From positions 7,101 to 71,100 of IMG/VR virus record IMGVR_UViG_3300037245_001167: a DNA stretch of 64,000 nt; one strand, given 5' to 3'. Positions 49,094 to 60,392 of this stretch are shown piece after piece (the stretch's first letter is position 1; each line of letters begins with the position of its first letter). The notes under the pieces are model-generated. The model did no database searches, was not told the DNA's origin, and saw only the letters and a program-made list of their open reading frames with translations. Origin of the DNA: a virus. A program made the position numbers and the translations under genes.

Positions 49094-50541
49094 TAAAATA
49101 TTTTTAGGTGATTGGATAAACATTCTTCGGGAGATTCCGGCGGGCGTGGCTCATTGTGTTGTGACCAGCCCGCCATATTGACTGGGGCCAGCGTGACTAC
49201 GGCTGCGAAGGGCAGATTGGACTCGAAAAGACGCCGGAAGAACATATCGAGAAACTCGTCGAGGGATTCCGTGAGGTCAGAAGGGTACTGAGGGACGATG
49301 GTGTGCTTTGGCTGAATTATGGGGATAAATACTGGGGAGGAAAAGGTAAGTCCGGCCAGGCATGGTCAACAAAACATACCGACAGGGACACTTTCCAGAA
49401 GCCGCATCATCAAATATCAGGTATGGGCGAAACAAGGCCGGGTGATGGAAAACACGATATATACCAAGCGGGCGATCTTCTCATGCTCCCGGCCCGCGTG
49501 GCTATAGCGTTACAGGCCGATGGCTGGATACTCCGTGATGACGTTATCTGGGCAAAGGCGATTAGCTTTAACGACAAATACTCAGGCTCGACTATGCCGG
49601 AAAGTGTGAACGGGACGCGGTGGGAGCGGTGTCGGGTTAAAGTGAAAAAGTCAAAACGAGCCAAAGGAATATATAACGAATTGGCTTATGAACATCCTCA
49701 AGGTGCTGTATCTGGTGGTGGCACAGATGGCTCTGCCGAATACAAAGACTGTCCCGGCTGCGAGAAGTGCGAACCTAACGGCGGTCTGGTACTTCGTCGC
49801 GGCTCATGGCGATGCACGAAGGCGCACGAGCATATCTTCCAGTTCGTTAAGACGAATGACTATTTCTGTGATATGGAGGCTGTGAGGGAGGATTTTGCTG
49901 ATGAGAGAATGGGGGACCCAGGCGGAGGTGGAAACTATGTAAAACATGCCTACAAGGGAATTGCTGGAGAAAATGCCCAATCAGGATTGGCAACTGGGAG
50001 ATTCACAAAAGGGAAAGAAGGTTTACAATCCGGCCGCAATCTCCGCAACGTCTGGACTATCAACCCGCGAGGCTACAAGGAAGCCCATTACGCCACGTAC
50101 CCTGAGAAATTGGTCGAGCCGTGTATTAAGGTCAGTACATCGAAAAAGGGCGTGTGTCCGAAGTGTGGTTGTCAGTGGGCAAGGATAGTTGATAGCAAGG
50201 CAATAAAGCGCGAACGGCCAAACGATAAGACCGACCGGCACAGTCAGGGTAATGGCGTTAATTCTTGCGGCAATACGGTCGCGGGGGTATCAACCACAAC
50301 TCTCGGATGGAAGGCCACCTGTCAATGTGACGTAGAGGAAACCGTCCCGGCGATAGTATGCGACCCCTTCATGGGAAGTGGAACCACCGCCGTGGTAGCG
50401 GCCAAGCTCGGCAGGAATTACTTCGGCTGTGAGATAAACCCTGAGTACAAGGATAGTCACATTGATGAGCGGGTAAGAGAGGCTGAAACCGGCGTACCCG
50501 TTAAAGAATCCAGACAAGGACAAGGAGCGTTATTTACATGA
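49074..50541 (+). CDS. N6-A/N4-C DNA methyltransferase (beta class) with a +1 frame break at 49179-49182
   Basis: VVTSPPY then TGA-C then WGQRDYG..QIGLE; LWLN.GD; HYATYPE.L; DPFMGSGTT; G.EINPEY. Confidence 0.85.
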
Positions 50542-51446
50542 AAACAATAGGTTTATACAATGTAGATTCAAAAATTCCAAACTTGGCATTAATGAAATTA
50601 TCTGCCTATCATAAAGCTAAAGGTGATAAAGTTTTATGGTGGTTACCATTAGAGCATTATGATAAAATATATGCCAGTAAAATATTTACAGATAGTCATT
50701 TAGAAACGCAAAATGGCATGGATATAGGTGGTAGTGGTTTTGATTTGAAAAAAGTATTGCCACAAGAAATTGACGATATAAAACCCGACTATTCGATATA
50801 TCCAGATTGTAATTATTCTATAGGTTTTACTACAAGGGGATGTATAAGGAAATGTGAGTTTTGTTTCGTGCCTGAAAAAGAGGGCAAAATAAGGGAATAT
50901 CGCAAGGTTGGAGATATTTGGCGGGGCAAAGGCGATTTAGTCCTTTTAGATAATAACATACTTGCTATGCCAGAAAAATTTGTTGAAGTATTAGAATTTT
51001 GTGCCTTGAACAAAATTCATGTGGACTTTAATCAGGGCTTAGATTGCCGATTAGTTACACAAGAAATAGCTGATTTGATAATCAAATATAAAACTCATAT
51101 ACAACCAGAAGTACGTTTTGCTTTTGATAACTTAAACTATCGGAAAGCAGTAGAAAATGTTTGTCAGTGGTTACCATTTCGTTGTCGATGGTATGTATAT
51201 TGTGACGAAGACTGGGAAAGTGCCTTAGAAAGATTGTTGATATTAAAAAGACTAAACCAAAGTCCGTATGTAATGAGGAACAAAAGGGTGGTTGGCCCTG
51301 AGTTTAGGAAATGGACATTATTGATGGGATGGGGTAGTTGGGACGCAAAGTTCAAATCTATGGATTTCTACGAATGGTTGCATTCAAAAGAAGGGGCAAG
51401 AAACATAAAGGATGCCAAGCAAGGACAAGGAGCGTTATTTACATGA
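50538..51446 (+). CDS. Phage radical SAM protein
   Basis: PNLALMKLSAYHK; TRGCIRKCEFC (CxxxCxxC); DFNQGLD.R. Confidence 0.88.
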   Translation: MKTIGLYNVDSKIPNLALMKLSAYHKAKGDKVLWWLPLEHYDKIYASKIFTDSHLETQNGMDIGGSGFDLKKVLPQEIDDIKPDYSIYPDCNYSIGFTTRGCIRKCEFCFVPEKEGKIREYRKVGDIWRGKGDLVLLDNNILAMPEKFVEVLEFCALNKIHVDFNQGLDCRLVTQEIADLIIKYKTHIQPEVRFAFDNLNYRKAVENVCQWLPFRCRWYVYCDEDWESALERLLILKRLNQSPYVMRNKRVVGPEFRKWTLLMGWGSWDAKFKSMDFYEWLHSKEGARNIKDAKQGQGALFT

Positions 51447-51694
51447 AATACAAAATATGCCCAGGCTGCAAAGACGAAAAGCTATTAGACGAAGAGCATT
51501 ACCACCGCGACATAGGCAGTAAGACCGGATTCGTAGCTCGGTGCAAGAAATGTGTAAAGAGAGGACGCATTAGAAAGCGTAAATGGGACAATCCTAAACC
51601 CAAACCAAAGGTGTGTGCTACCGACTATAACAAGGCTTGCCGAGAGGATGAATTGAGAAGGTATCAAGAGGGGAGCATATCTATCTACCAGTAG
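51443..51694 (+). CDS. Zinc-finger protein
   Basis: KICPGC..K....YHR.....G...RCKKC. Confidence 0.6.
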   Translation: MKYKICPGCKDEKLLDEEHYHRDIGSKTGFVARCKKCVKRGRIRKRKWDNPKPKPKVCATDYNKACREDELRRYQEGSISIYQ

Positions 51695-52083
51695 GCGTTT
51701 TAAGCACCAATTCGTAGTCAAGGATACTTTCTGTTGGGATACCTTCTATGAGCTTTAACGCTTTTTGTAGCCGTTTATGGTAAGCTTCTTTTATATCGTA
51801 GTTTTTTTGCCAAATTACATCTTTAGCTATAATTTTTGCCGCAATTCTATCGGGATCATGTTGCTTGCAATACAGTTTATCGAGGCCATGTTCTCTTTTT
51901 CGAGAACATTGACGACTACTACACCTATTGCTATAGACAGTTCCTATACATCGAGTTACATCCTCGATAATACCTTTTGGATTTCCTGCCCACACACCAT
52001 ACCTTTTAAGTTTTCTATCCATAATCATTCCTTTCTAATGCGTTTTAAGCCGTCTGAGAGGCCGTGTGGTCAGTTAAGTTGGC

Positions 52084-52632
52084 TTATCCCCACTGTTCAG
52101 CCATTGTTGCGATCTTTTTTACCCACACCTTAAATTCAGCGACAGATATATCGTTTTTTGCCACATTGCACCTTTTGCAACAGGTAACAACATTTTGAGT
52201 GGTATATTCCTTTGTCGTATCTACTCTATCTAATCCATTATAGGTAAAATCGTGCCCTCTGCCCGCTCCCTTTCGAGTCTGTGATGGCGGTTCACCACAA
52301 TAATGACAGTCTTGCTGAGAAAGCCTAAAGAACTCACCTTCTGTTATAAGCCATTTACGCCGTTTTCCACCCCGTTTGTAATTTTGCAACACAACTTGTC
52401 TCATTGCACCCAAGCCGCCAGGCAAGGCAGTCGCTGCTTTGATTTCTCTATTTAAGCAACCACAGCTTTTTGTGTTATTTGAGATTACCGCAGCCCCATG
52501 TATTACTTTCTTTGTGCCACAATCGCATCTAAAAACATAGTAAGCACGAAATCGCGAGTCAACATGGTCTAATCTTATGATTGTCAATCGATTTATTTTA
52601 ACGCCTGGTTTTAATTGTATTTTCTTTTTCAT
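52084..52632 (-). mobile_element. HNH homing endonuclease
   Basis: RLT, CDCG, SCGC, C.YCG, NGLDRVD...Y...NVV.CC..CN.AK; own promoter TTTACA N16 TACAAT 6 nt before ATG 52632. Confidence 0.88.
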
Positions 52633-52686
52633 GCCCCCATTGTATAGATATTCCATAGAATGTAAAGATAAATAATAAAACTTTTG

Positions 52687-53250
52687 TTAGCCCCAAGTTG
52701 CCGCCATACAATCGGCTATGCCCTGAAGTGTGATAGAGCGCAATTTACCCCTATCCTTTGATGGACTCATCTTCCATATTCTACCTTCTCGGCCATCCAC
52801 TATATTAGTTGGCTTGAGTTTGGAAAGTCCCCCCAACCACAGACAAGTAGCTTTTGTTTCTGGATGTCCAAATTGCCATGGTTGTATAATCTGGTCATAT
52901 TTCCGGCCTATCCGTTCAACTGCATATTTATGTGGTATCGGGTTTTCCCGTGCTATTTTAGGTATTGGTGCATCAAGCAGTTTTCTTGTGAATATACACG
53001 ATTCATCCAACTTCTTCCATCTCCCAAGTTCTTCATATAACCAGCGAACGCCACTGTTGCATTGATAAGTACAGGGATCGTGTGCTATCATCAAATCCCA
53101 ACCATCATCAAGAATCTCAAGTACATCGCCCTGGATATGCGGCCCCGGCCTTTCGGTAGGCAACAAATCGCACGAAACCGCATCATGCCCACGTTTAATA
53201 AAGGCGTCCCGGACAATACCACTGAATTCGCAAGCTATTAAGACCTTCAT
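52687..53250 (-). CDS. Phage C5-cytosine DNA methyltransferase-like protein
   Basis: MKVLIACEFSG.VRDAF, SCDL, AH.PCTY (catalytic PC), ENP, QPWQFG..KATCLWL, RS.T..GIA..MA..WG. Confidence 0.82.
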   Translation of the reverse strand: MKVLIACEFSGIVRDAFIKRGHDAVSCDLLPTERPGPHIQGDVLEILDDGWDLMIAHDPCTYQCNSGVRWLYEELGRWKKLDESCIFTRKLLDAPIPKIARENPIPHKYAVERIGRKYDQIIQPWQFGHPETKATCLWLGGLSKLKPTNIVDGREGRIWKMSPSKDRGKLRSITLQGIADCMAATWG

Positions 53251-53270
53251 TTCAAATCTCCTAATGCGTT

Positions 53271-56200
53271 TTAAGCCGTCTGAGAGGCCGTGTGGTCAAT
53301 TAAGTTCTTCTTTTCTAACCATCCTGCGATACATTTACATTTGGCCTCCCAAACGTCCGAGGCGTCTACAGAGTCAATACTAAATGAACCGTCTTTCATT
53401 TCGACATACCGTCCCCAATGAGAAGGCTTTAATCTTATTGCTATTACTGGGGGACACCCAGTTTCCCTTCTTGTTAAGTTATATACTTCACGTGAAAACG
53501 AACTCTGGTATCGACGAATATCGTCCATTATTCATGTCCTTAATTAAGTTCAGCCACAACCATCATTATATCAAAGGCGATGAGCCTGTCCAGGGCCAAA
53601 ATAAAGTTCTCGCAGGAACCATCGCCCAAATAATCGGCTACGATATAAGCATTAAGCTCAATTTGCTCTATTTGCTCCAGGGAGTACCCGGCCAGGCTCA
53701 AAAGCTCCTCGACTTCGGATATTAATTGATTGAAGTTTTGCATTTTAATTAAATCCTTCGATAAATTCCCGCACATCGTTAGACACACAATAATCCCGCA
53801 TAATTTGAGGAATTAATAACAATGCAGGATTTGAAGCTGTTGCTCGCATTGCTCTCATATTGTGTCCAAATGAAATCAAAGCACCTTTTACATCTCCAGC
53901 ATCAATGGTTTTAATCGCCATGTCCTTGCACCATTTTAAGTGGCTTTGTCTTTCCCTGCTGATTTTAGCCTCTTTGTCCAGCTTTATACGAAGGCTGCTA
54001 TTATTAAGTTTTGCTTTTTGTGCTTTTGATAATTTGAATTCTTTCATTTTAATCTCCGTCAATGCTCCTAAACCTACATTCTCTGCTACAATAATGTTTC
54101 TTGTTTTGGGCCACAATTCCCTTATCATCCCTATATTGTTTTTCTGCTAATTTTTTGTTGCCTTGATAATGCTGGGCGCAACCGCAAGAATCACATATTA
54201 TTTCATACCATCGATTTATCATCTTCCACTTCCTTTCAATGCCAAACCATGCAAACAAAACCTTTGTAAGCAAATATCCAGAATTCGACCATTATAACAA
54301 AGGCCACTATCCAGCACATTAGCTTTACCATTTCTACCTTTTGCTCTTCTCTGTATTCGTCTGAATTATTGCCAATGCGATAACTTCACGACTGACCAGT
54401 TTGCAAGGGAAAGCTAAATCTGCTATCCTATTTAGATAATCAACTAATCTGTAGTCAAGCAAGCCTGCTTCTGTGCAAAGCATTTTTGCAGCAATTTCGC
54501 AATGTTCATTGTTAGAATCTACATTACTCATATCTCACTTCCCTTCTAAGCCCCGATCTCAGTTGGCTTATAATTTCTCGAATATTGCATATTGTCGGCC
54601 TCTCGTATTAATCAGTATCGCTTTGCAATGATCACAAAGAGACATTTGCCCGATACGCCCATCCCATTTTCTTGCTTTTTTCTCGATAGCTTTCCAGATA
54701 GGCTTATTCTTGCATCTTATATAAGAACGAGGCCCAAATGTCATAAAGCTACCAGAGAGCTTTTCAGCTTGACACTGGCTTTTACTTATTCGACCGATTG
54801 GTTTCATATCTCACGTCCTCTCTAAGCCTCTAAAATAATCATAGGCACTATATGTCCGGCCATTGCTTTGATATATGGGAGCTATCCTTTCTCCGCCTTG
54901 CTAATGGCGTCGTCAACTTGTTTTAGCCAGTCGGGTTTATCTCGCTGTAAGATATGACACAATCCCACTTGCACAGCCTCGCACGCTTTCAGCAAATCAT
55001 CGTGGGAGTTCCAGCACTTGACAAGGCGTTCTGCATTGGCACGACGCTTATCTAACTGACCATGAACATCAGCAATGTGATGATCCACTCCAATCCAAAG
55101 CTCCCATCCTTTTATCGATCCTTTTTCTAACTTTCCCGGCGTATGTTTACTTTCACTCATTATCATTTCCTTTCAGTCTGCTTTTGGAATTGCAGAAATG
55201 TTCTATCTTTACCAGTTAATATCTATGATATAGTCGCCAGATTCCAGAAGCTCTTTTGTATGCAAGTCATTTGCGACCATTTGAACGTCTGGATAAAAGT
55301 TTCGCTCCCACCATAAATCATTGTCAAAGTGCGAGAATTGGGGAGGAGCTTTCGGGTCTCTTTTGAGCCATGCAGAGAAACTTACTCCCATTTCCTCATG
55401 ATTGACGATTTCGGGGACTGTATCTCGCTCATAGTCATCAGGCTCATCGGGCACACTAATACGGACGATTCCACGCTCCTTGCAACCATCCTGCTGTTGG
55501 AATGAGTATCGCCTTCCGTAAGTTTGTTCCACTAGCGCATCCCAATCGGATACATCAATCACTTTTTCGGTTCTTATCTTCATTATCATTACCTTTCAAT
55601 CCCAGAGGGCGGTTAAGATATTTCGTCACCATAATCCTGGGCAATTTGACAGCATAAGTTTATCAATCGGATTCGGCTTCTTTTTTCTTCATCGGATATT
55701 TCGTCGGCTTCGTCCATGTTTTCGTAACAATCATCTAAATCGCTAACAGTATTTTGAAATCGACAATAACTCATATTGCTCATTATCCTATCCTTTCAAA
55801 AGTTATCCATCTTTTCAAGTCCCGACTACCACGAGCAGCGGGGACTTGAGGAGAGGGTTGTTGAGTTAGTCAGTCTTGTTTTCTGGAATCATTACAACAA
55901 TCCGTTTTTCTTCCGGTATCAATTCCATAATCTCTTGGAAGGTTGGCGGTGTTGTTCCGTGCATAAGCTCCATTTTCAAGCCGTCCCTATTTAGTCCGAA
56001 TTCATGGGTAAATACAGGACGGCCTAAAGTCTTTTCAATAGCTTCGTGAAACACACCGAACGGCATACACAGCTTTTCCTCGAACAGTTGGAATTCCGCG
56101 CGTTCTCTAAAAGACAAATGTTTCCAAAATTCACTGTCATGTAATGCAATTGCTTCTTCTGTCGTCATTTTCTTTCCCTTTCAAAATATGCAAGCCGAGC

Positions 56201-57756
56201 CAAAGACGAGGAGAGAGATGAGCGTCCCGTCCCGGCCTGCGGTTAAATTGTTTAGTTTGCTTCAGGAGCATCTTTATTGCACGGCCATTGCCAGAATTTA
56301 CGATAGTCCCTGGCTTGATAAAATGGAATAGCCAAAACATCTGACATCGAGACTTTATCTTTCGCTACCTTTTCAATGTCAAATAATTCGCCATTGTTAA
56401 GCTTTTTCTGGTAATCTTTTGCTGCTTCATTTGCTTTCTTGGCATTAGTCGAAACGATCCTTACGCCCTTGCCAGTCTCTAATACTTCAAACATATTAGA
56501 TTTGCCAGTCGGTAGCCATAAAGTTGGTATCAAGTAATAGTCTGACATTTCTACTCTCCTAACTAAGTTAATTTAAGCTCATAAGCTAAGGCCGTCGAGT
56601 CGTCAAGTCCTATTTATAGCCCCGTCTCTATCCGGTTGCAAAAGTTGAACTGCGGCTTGACGGCCATCGCCTGCGGGTTCTTTGGGGATAGCATAATCAC
56701 ATTACACACTGGATTTCTCGGTTTAGCATAGTATCTATAATGCCATAATGCTCACCCATCTTTTTGTTTCCGTCTGGAAGTTCTGCGTTTTTCTTGTTTC
56801 TGTATTGCAAAGCTTTTTCTAAATCGTCGAATTGCACTTCTTCCTCTGGCTCAATCCCCCTTCTTATCCATCCATCAAAAGCATCGTAGAAATCTACAAT
56901 GTATCTCATAATTAACCCTTCCATTTCTACTCTCTTAAATTAAGTTGGTTTAAGCTCATAAGGCTGAGGCTCTCGGAGGGGAGCCCCGCCCTGCGGGCTT
57001 AATTAAAGCCAAGTATCCATTCTTCCATGTCGGCTGGCGTGCTTAGATTGCCGGAAAACATAAGTTGTACGCCTAACATCAAAGCGGAATGCCCAGCAGT
57101 TTTTTCGTGCTTAGACATATCCGAGGTGAATGAAGCAAACGCTTGAGTCAAATCATTTGTTTTGACATATTCCATTGCCCTGTCTTTGCACCATTGTAAA
57201 TGTTCTGTTCTGTCCATTTTATCTCTCCTAAACTGTTAAAAAGCCCCGTCCACCGCTCGGACCTGGACAGGAGATAAGCGGCTTTCGGGGCTTCGAGAAT
57301 GTCTTGTTTAAGTTTCTTCATTTCGTCCAAGTCCGTAAGAGAGGAAATTCTTATCCTTTTAGCTTATCAAGAATATCATCAATTTTACGAGACTCTAAAA
57401 TAAGCTTTAACTCGGGGCAATTACGCCATAATTGGAATTTGCCCAGTTTAGGCCAAACCGTACAACCGAATTGTTTGGCTAATTTCATCGCTTCTTGAAA
57501 TTTAGCTAATTGTGTTTTTTGCTTTGCCATTGTCCAAGTCCTTAAATAAGTGTTAGTTGATATAATTTGTTTGCCGACACCATGCCTCGTATGCTTCTGT
57601 TATAGCTCCGAAGCCATGAGATTTGATATAGCTAAGAGTGAAGGTGCGAAAGTCATTGTATGCCTTGCCAATAACGGGGGCTTTTAATCCTGTAGCCTCT
57701 ACAAAATCCATGAAGCTGTAATATGCCTCAAAATTGCCTCGTTCTGAATCGTCCAT
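53271..57756 (-). other. Minus-strand block of about 15 small hypothetical genes
   Basis: Closely packed short ORFs with good RBSs (e.g. 53271-53528, 54334-54531, 54568-54807, 54882-55166, 55209-55589, 55866-56168, 56252-56548, 56999-57217, 57553-57756); no recognisable families. Confidence 0.7.
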
Positions 57757-57797
57757 TTGTCCAAGTCCTCTATTTATTTGTCATTTAACCTAAAAGT

Positions 57798-57826
57798 ATT
57801 ATCGTCTATTTTAGCCAAAAAGTCCA
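57798..57826 (-). promoter_or_regulatory. Putative promoter for the minus-strand block
   Basis: Minus strand TGGACT N17 GATAAT. Confidence 0.45.
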
Positions 57827-57966
57827 AAGAAAAACATATAGTGACGTGAAGATTGTTCCAAGACTTTATAGATAAAAGGTTTATGAAGGTAAATATATTG
57901 CATAAAGTTGGAGCAGTGACACATTTTATTCTTTACGTATTTGTGTTTGTGGTTATAATAGTAATT

Positions 57967-58338
57967 ATGGAAAAACGAAACTGTTCAAAATGCAAAGAAC
58001 TGTTACCATTAACATCATTCAAGTTAAACAAGTCTGGCATGAGCCGAGTTTGTAATTTATGCTCTAAATCCATAACAACTAAAACTTGTTCGATATGTGG
58101 TCAAGAGAAGCAAGTAAAAGCCTTTAGGCTTAACAAGAGAGGATGGAGTAGGCGTTGTAAGGCATGTATAAGCTTGCAGGGAACGCAGATATATAAATAC
58201 AGATTCGTCAACTTAAAGTTAAAAATAACAGCATCGGAATACCAAAGTATCGGCTTAAAAGCACGATTAAGTGGCTTTTCGGTATCAAAATACGTGGTTT
58301 TTCTACATGAAAAAAATATGCAAAAAGATAAGAAATAG
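57967..58338 (+). CDS. Double zinc-finger protein
   Basis: CSKC..F....RVCNLC and CSICG..F....RCKAC repeats. Confidence 0.6.
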   Translation: MEKRNCSKCKELLPLTSFKLNKSGMSRVCNLCSKSITTKTCSICGQEKQVKAFRLNKRGWSRRCKACISLQGTQIYKYRFVNLKLKITASEYQSIGLKARLSGFSVSKYVVFLHEKNMQKDKK

Positions 58339-58339
58339 T

Positions 58340-58368
58340 TTGACAGCTTGAACTTTGTCCGTTAAACT
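58340..58368 (+). promoter_or_regulatory. Putative sigma70 promoter
   Basis: TTGACA N17 TAAACT. Confidence 0.5.
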
Positions 58369-58436
58369 ACGTAGGTAGTTAAATATGATTGTCTCAATGG
58401 AAGGATTCAGAATAGACAATTTAATCACAGCTTGTT

Positions 58437-58491
58437 CAGGCCGTCAAGTTTCACTGTTTACACGACAGAAACTCGGCGGCCTGCTTTTTTA
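58437..58491 (+). terminator. Terminator or attenuator hairpin
   Basis: CAGGCCGTC..GGCGGCCTG followed by CTTTTTT. Confidence 0.6.
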
Positions 58492-59548
58492 TGTGGGTGT
58501 TGGCTCGACGGGCAAAAAGTTAAATTGGCCGACTGACATTTTGTTTCGAGACATAGGTAGCTTGCAATGATGTCAACTAAAACCTACCCGCCCCATTTAT
58601 AATAGAGTTTAAGGTATTCTCGATAATACGAGGGCTTGAGGGCATATCGAGAGCATAGACGTGGCATTGTAGACGTCAACTGTTGTGTAAACAGTCGCAA
58701 GGAATTAACCCTACTTTGTGCCAATTAAGAGCTTATCTGCCACGTGTAGAAAAGGTCCTGTGGCCGTTATAAAAAGGCGGCCACTTTTAATTGACCTAAA
58801 ACTAAGGTGATTAGGTAGTCGCTGACAGTCGCTGAAATGGTGCGAATCCTTAGCTAAAAATCGACCGACGAACTCATTAAACCGGAAGATTAGCCCTTTT
58901 TGTAGGGCTATTTCTCCCTCAGAATCTATTGCCCGGAAGTTATGAGTTATCCAATACAAGACGATGAAGATATTCCAGAATGGCTTGCTAAAGTTGTTTA
59001 TGAAGAATATGTCAAAAGATATGGAAAGCAGCAATCTTTTGAAAGAATACGAGAACGTGGGGGTTTTGGTAAAATTGAAGTAATAAAATTATTAAAAGGT
59101 GAAAAGTTTTAGTATCTCAGGTTATAAGATATGATTAAATTAGCGTTTGAAGAAGGATTAAAAATAGGCTATAATGAGCCTCGGAATTTATCCTTAGCTG
59201 TTATGTCAGAATGTATGAGGCAGGGTGAAATTATAGGCGTATCAATATCGGACGAATTAAGGGAGAAATTAGAGACAACGGGTCAAGAAAACAAATTGTA
59301 CGGTTATCATATTATGAATGCTAAAGACTTATCAAAAGGCTTAATATGTCATTATAGTGATGGTTCGGCTATTTGGTGGGATGGCATAAGTGATGAAATA
59401 GAGCCTTATTGGCCAGATCATTTAACACCCGATGCGTTTGCAAGATAATGGACATTGAAGAGCTAAAAGACAAAAGAACACAAGACCACCTGGACTTTGT
59501 AGGTGAGAGAAAAGAATTAGTCGAAGAAATTAAAAAAAGGAGTAAAAC

Positions 59549-59770
59549 ATGATTGATATGATAGCCGAAACAGCCACAAAGATTGATCCTTCAGTGGTGG
59601 GTGGTGCGATAGCCTACGGCTTAATTATGATATTTAGGGCAATAGCGGCGGTGATACCGAACGAAACCAACAACAAATGGTGTAAGAAACTCCAAAGCAT
59701 TGTCAAGGTGATTAATGTACTTATTGGCCTCGACATGAAAGCCGGCGTGAAGAAATACGGCCCAAAATAG
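59549..59770 (+). CDS. Small membrane protein (holin-like)
   Basis: Hydrophobic helix, IAAVIPN..NNKW..L..IV..IN pattern. Confidence 0.45.
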   Translation: MIDMIAETATKIDPSVVGGAIAYGLIMIFRAIAAVIPNETNNKWCKKLQSIVKVINVLIGLDMKAGVKKYGPK

Positions 59771-59811
59771 GCCGGGAGAAACAAATAACCAACTTTTTAA
59801 GGAGTAAGACC

Positions 59812-60336
59812 ATGAGAACAGTAATATTGACAATCATCGCAATATTGTGCTTATGTGGCTCAGCCCAGGCAGCAGGACTAACGGTATGGGGCTTAACTGA
59901 CGGTGCAACCCAAGAGTATAACTTCAGGGTTGGCTATATGCTCGGCAATGAAGTGAGGGGCGGTTTGGAGCCATTTATTGGTACTTCAGTCTTCCCAGAC
60001 GATCCAACGCCTTCAACACTGAAATTAGGTGCTGTCCAACACTTGCCAGATATTCTCGATCCCAACGGTTTGATTCCATTCATTCCAGAAGCGTTCAAAA
60101 TACTATTTAGCGGTAAAATAACAGCCCGGCCATATTTTGGCGGAGAGGCGACCATCACATTTATTGATGAAGATGCTGGAAGTTATGCTGGTCTATTGGG
60201 TGCTAAGATTAAATTCACAGACGAGGATCCATCGGAATGGATAGTTGAAACCGGATACGGAAATACATTTAGTGCTCTGAATGAAGTACCGGACAACGAG
60301 CTATTCCTACGAATGGGCGTAAGGATACCATTCTAA
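59812..60336 (+). CDS. Secreted, probable outer-membrane beta-barrel protein
   Basis: Signal peptide ending SAQA; alternating beta strands; C-terminal FLRMGVRIPF. Confidence 0.55.
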   Translation: MRTVILTIIAILCLCGSAQAAGLTVWGLTDGATQEYNFRVGYMLGNEVRGGLEPFIGTSVFPDDPTPSTLKLGAVQHLPDILDPNGLIPFIPEAFKILFSGKITARPYFGGEATITFIDEDAGSYAGLLGAKIKFTDEDPSEWIVETGYGNTFSALNEVPDNELFLRMGVRIPF

Positions 60337-60392
60337 TGATTTATAAATGTGTAGTAGATAAAAAAATGAAACCCAAAAAGAAAGGAAGTAAA

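Noticed and set aside
49179-49181. Stop-codon reassignment of TGA
   Set aside because: The frame also changes, and TGA, TAG and TAA all end ordinary genes elsewhere in the window.
56546-56998. Minus-strand hammerheads (CTTATGAG motif)
   Set aside because: Core is not CUGANGA and no correctly placed GAAA/NUH was found.
58560-59130. Replication origin
   Set aside because: Gene-poor, but I see no convincing iterons or DnaA-box cluster.
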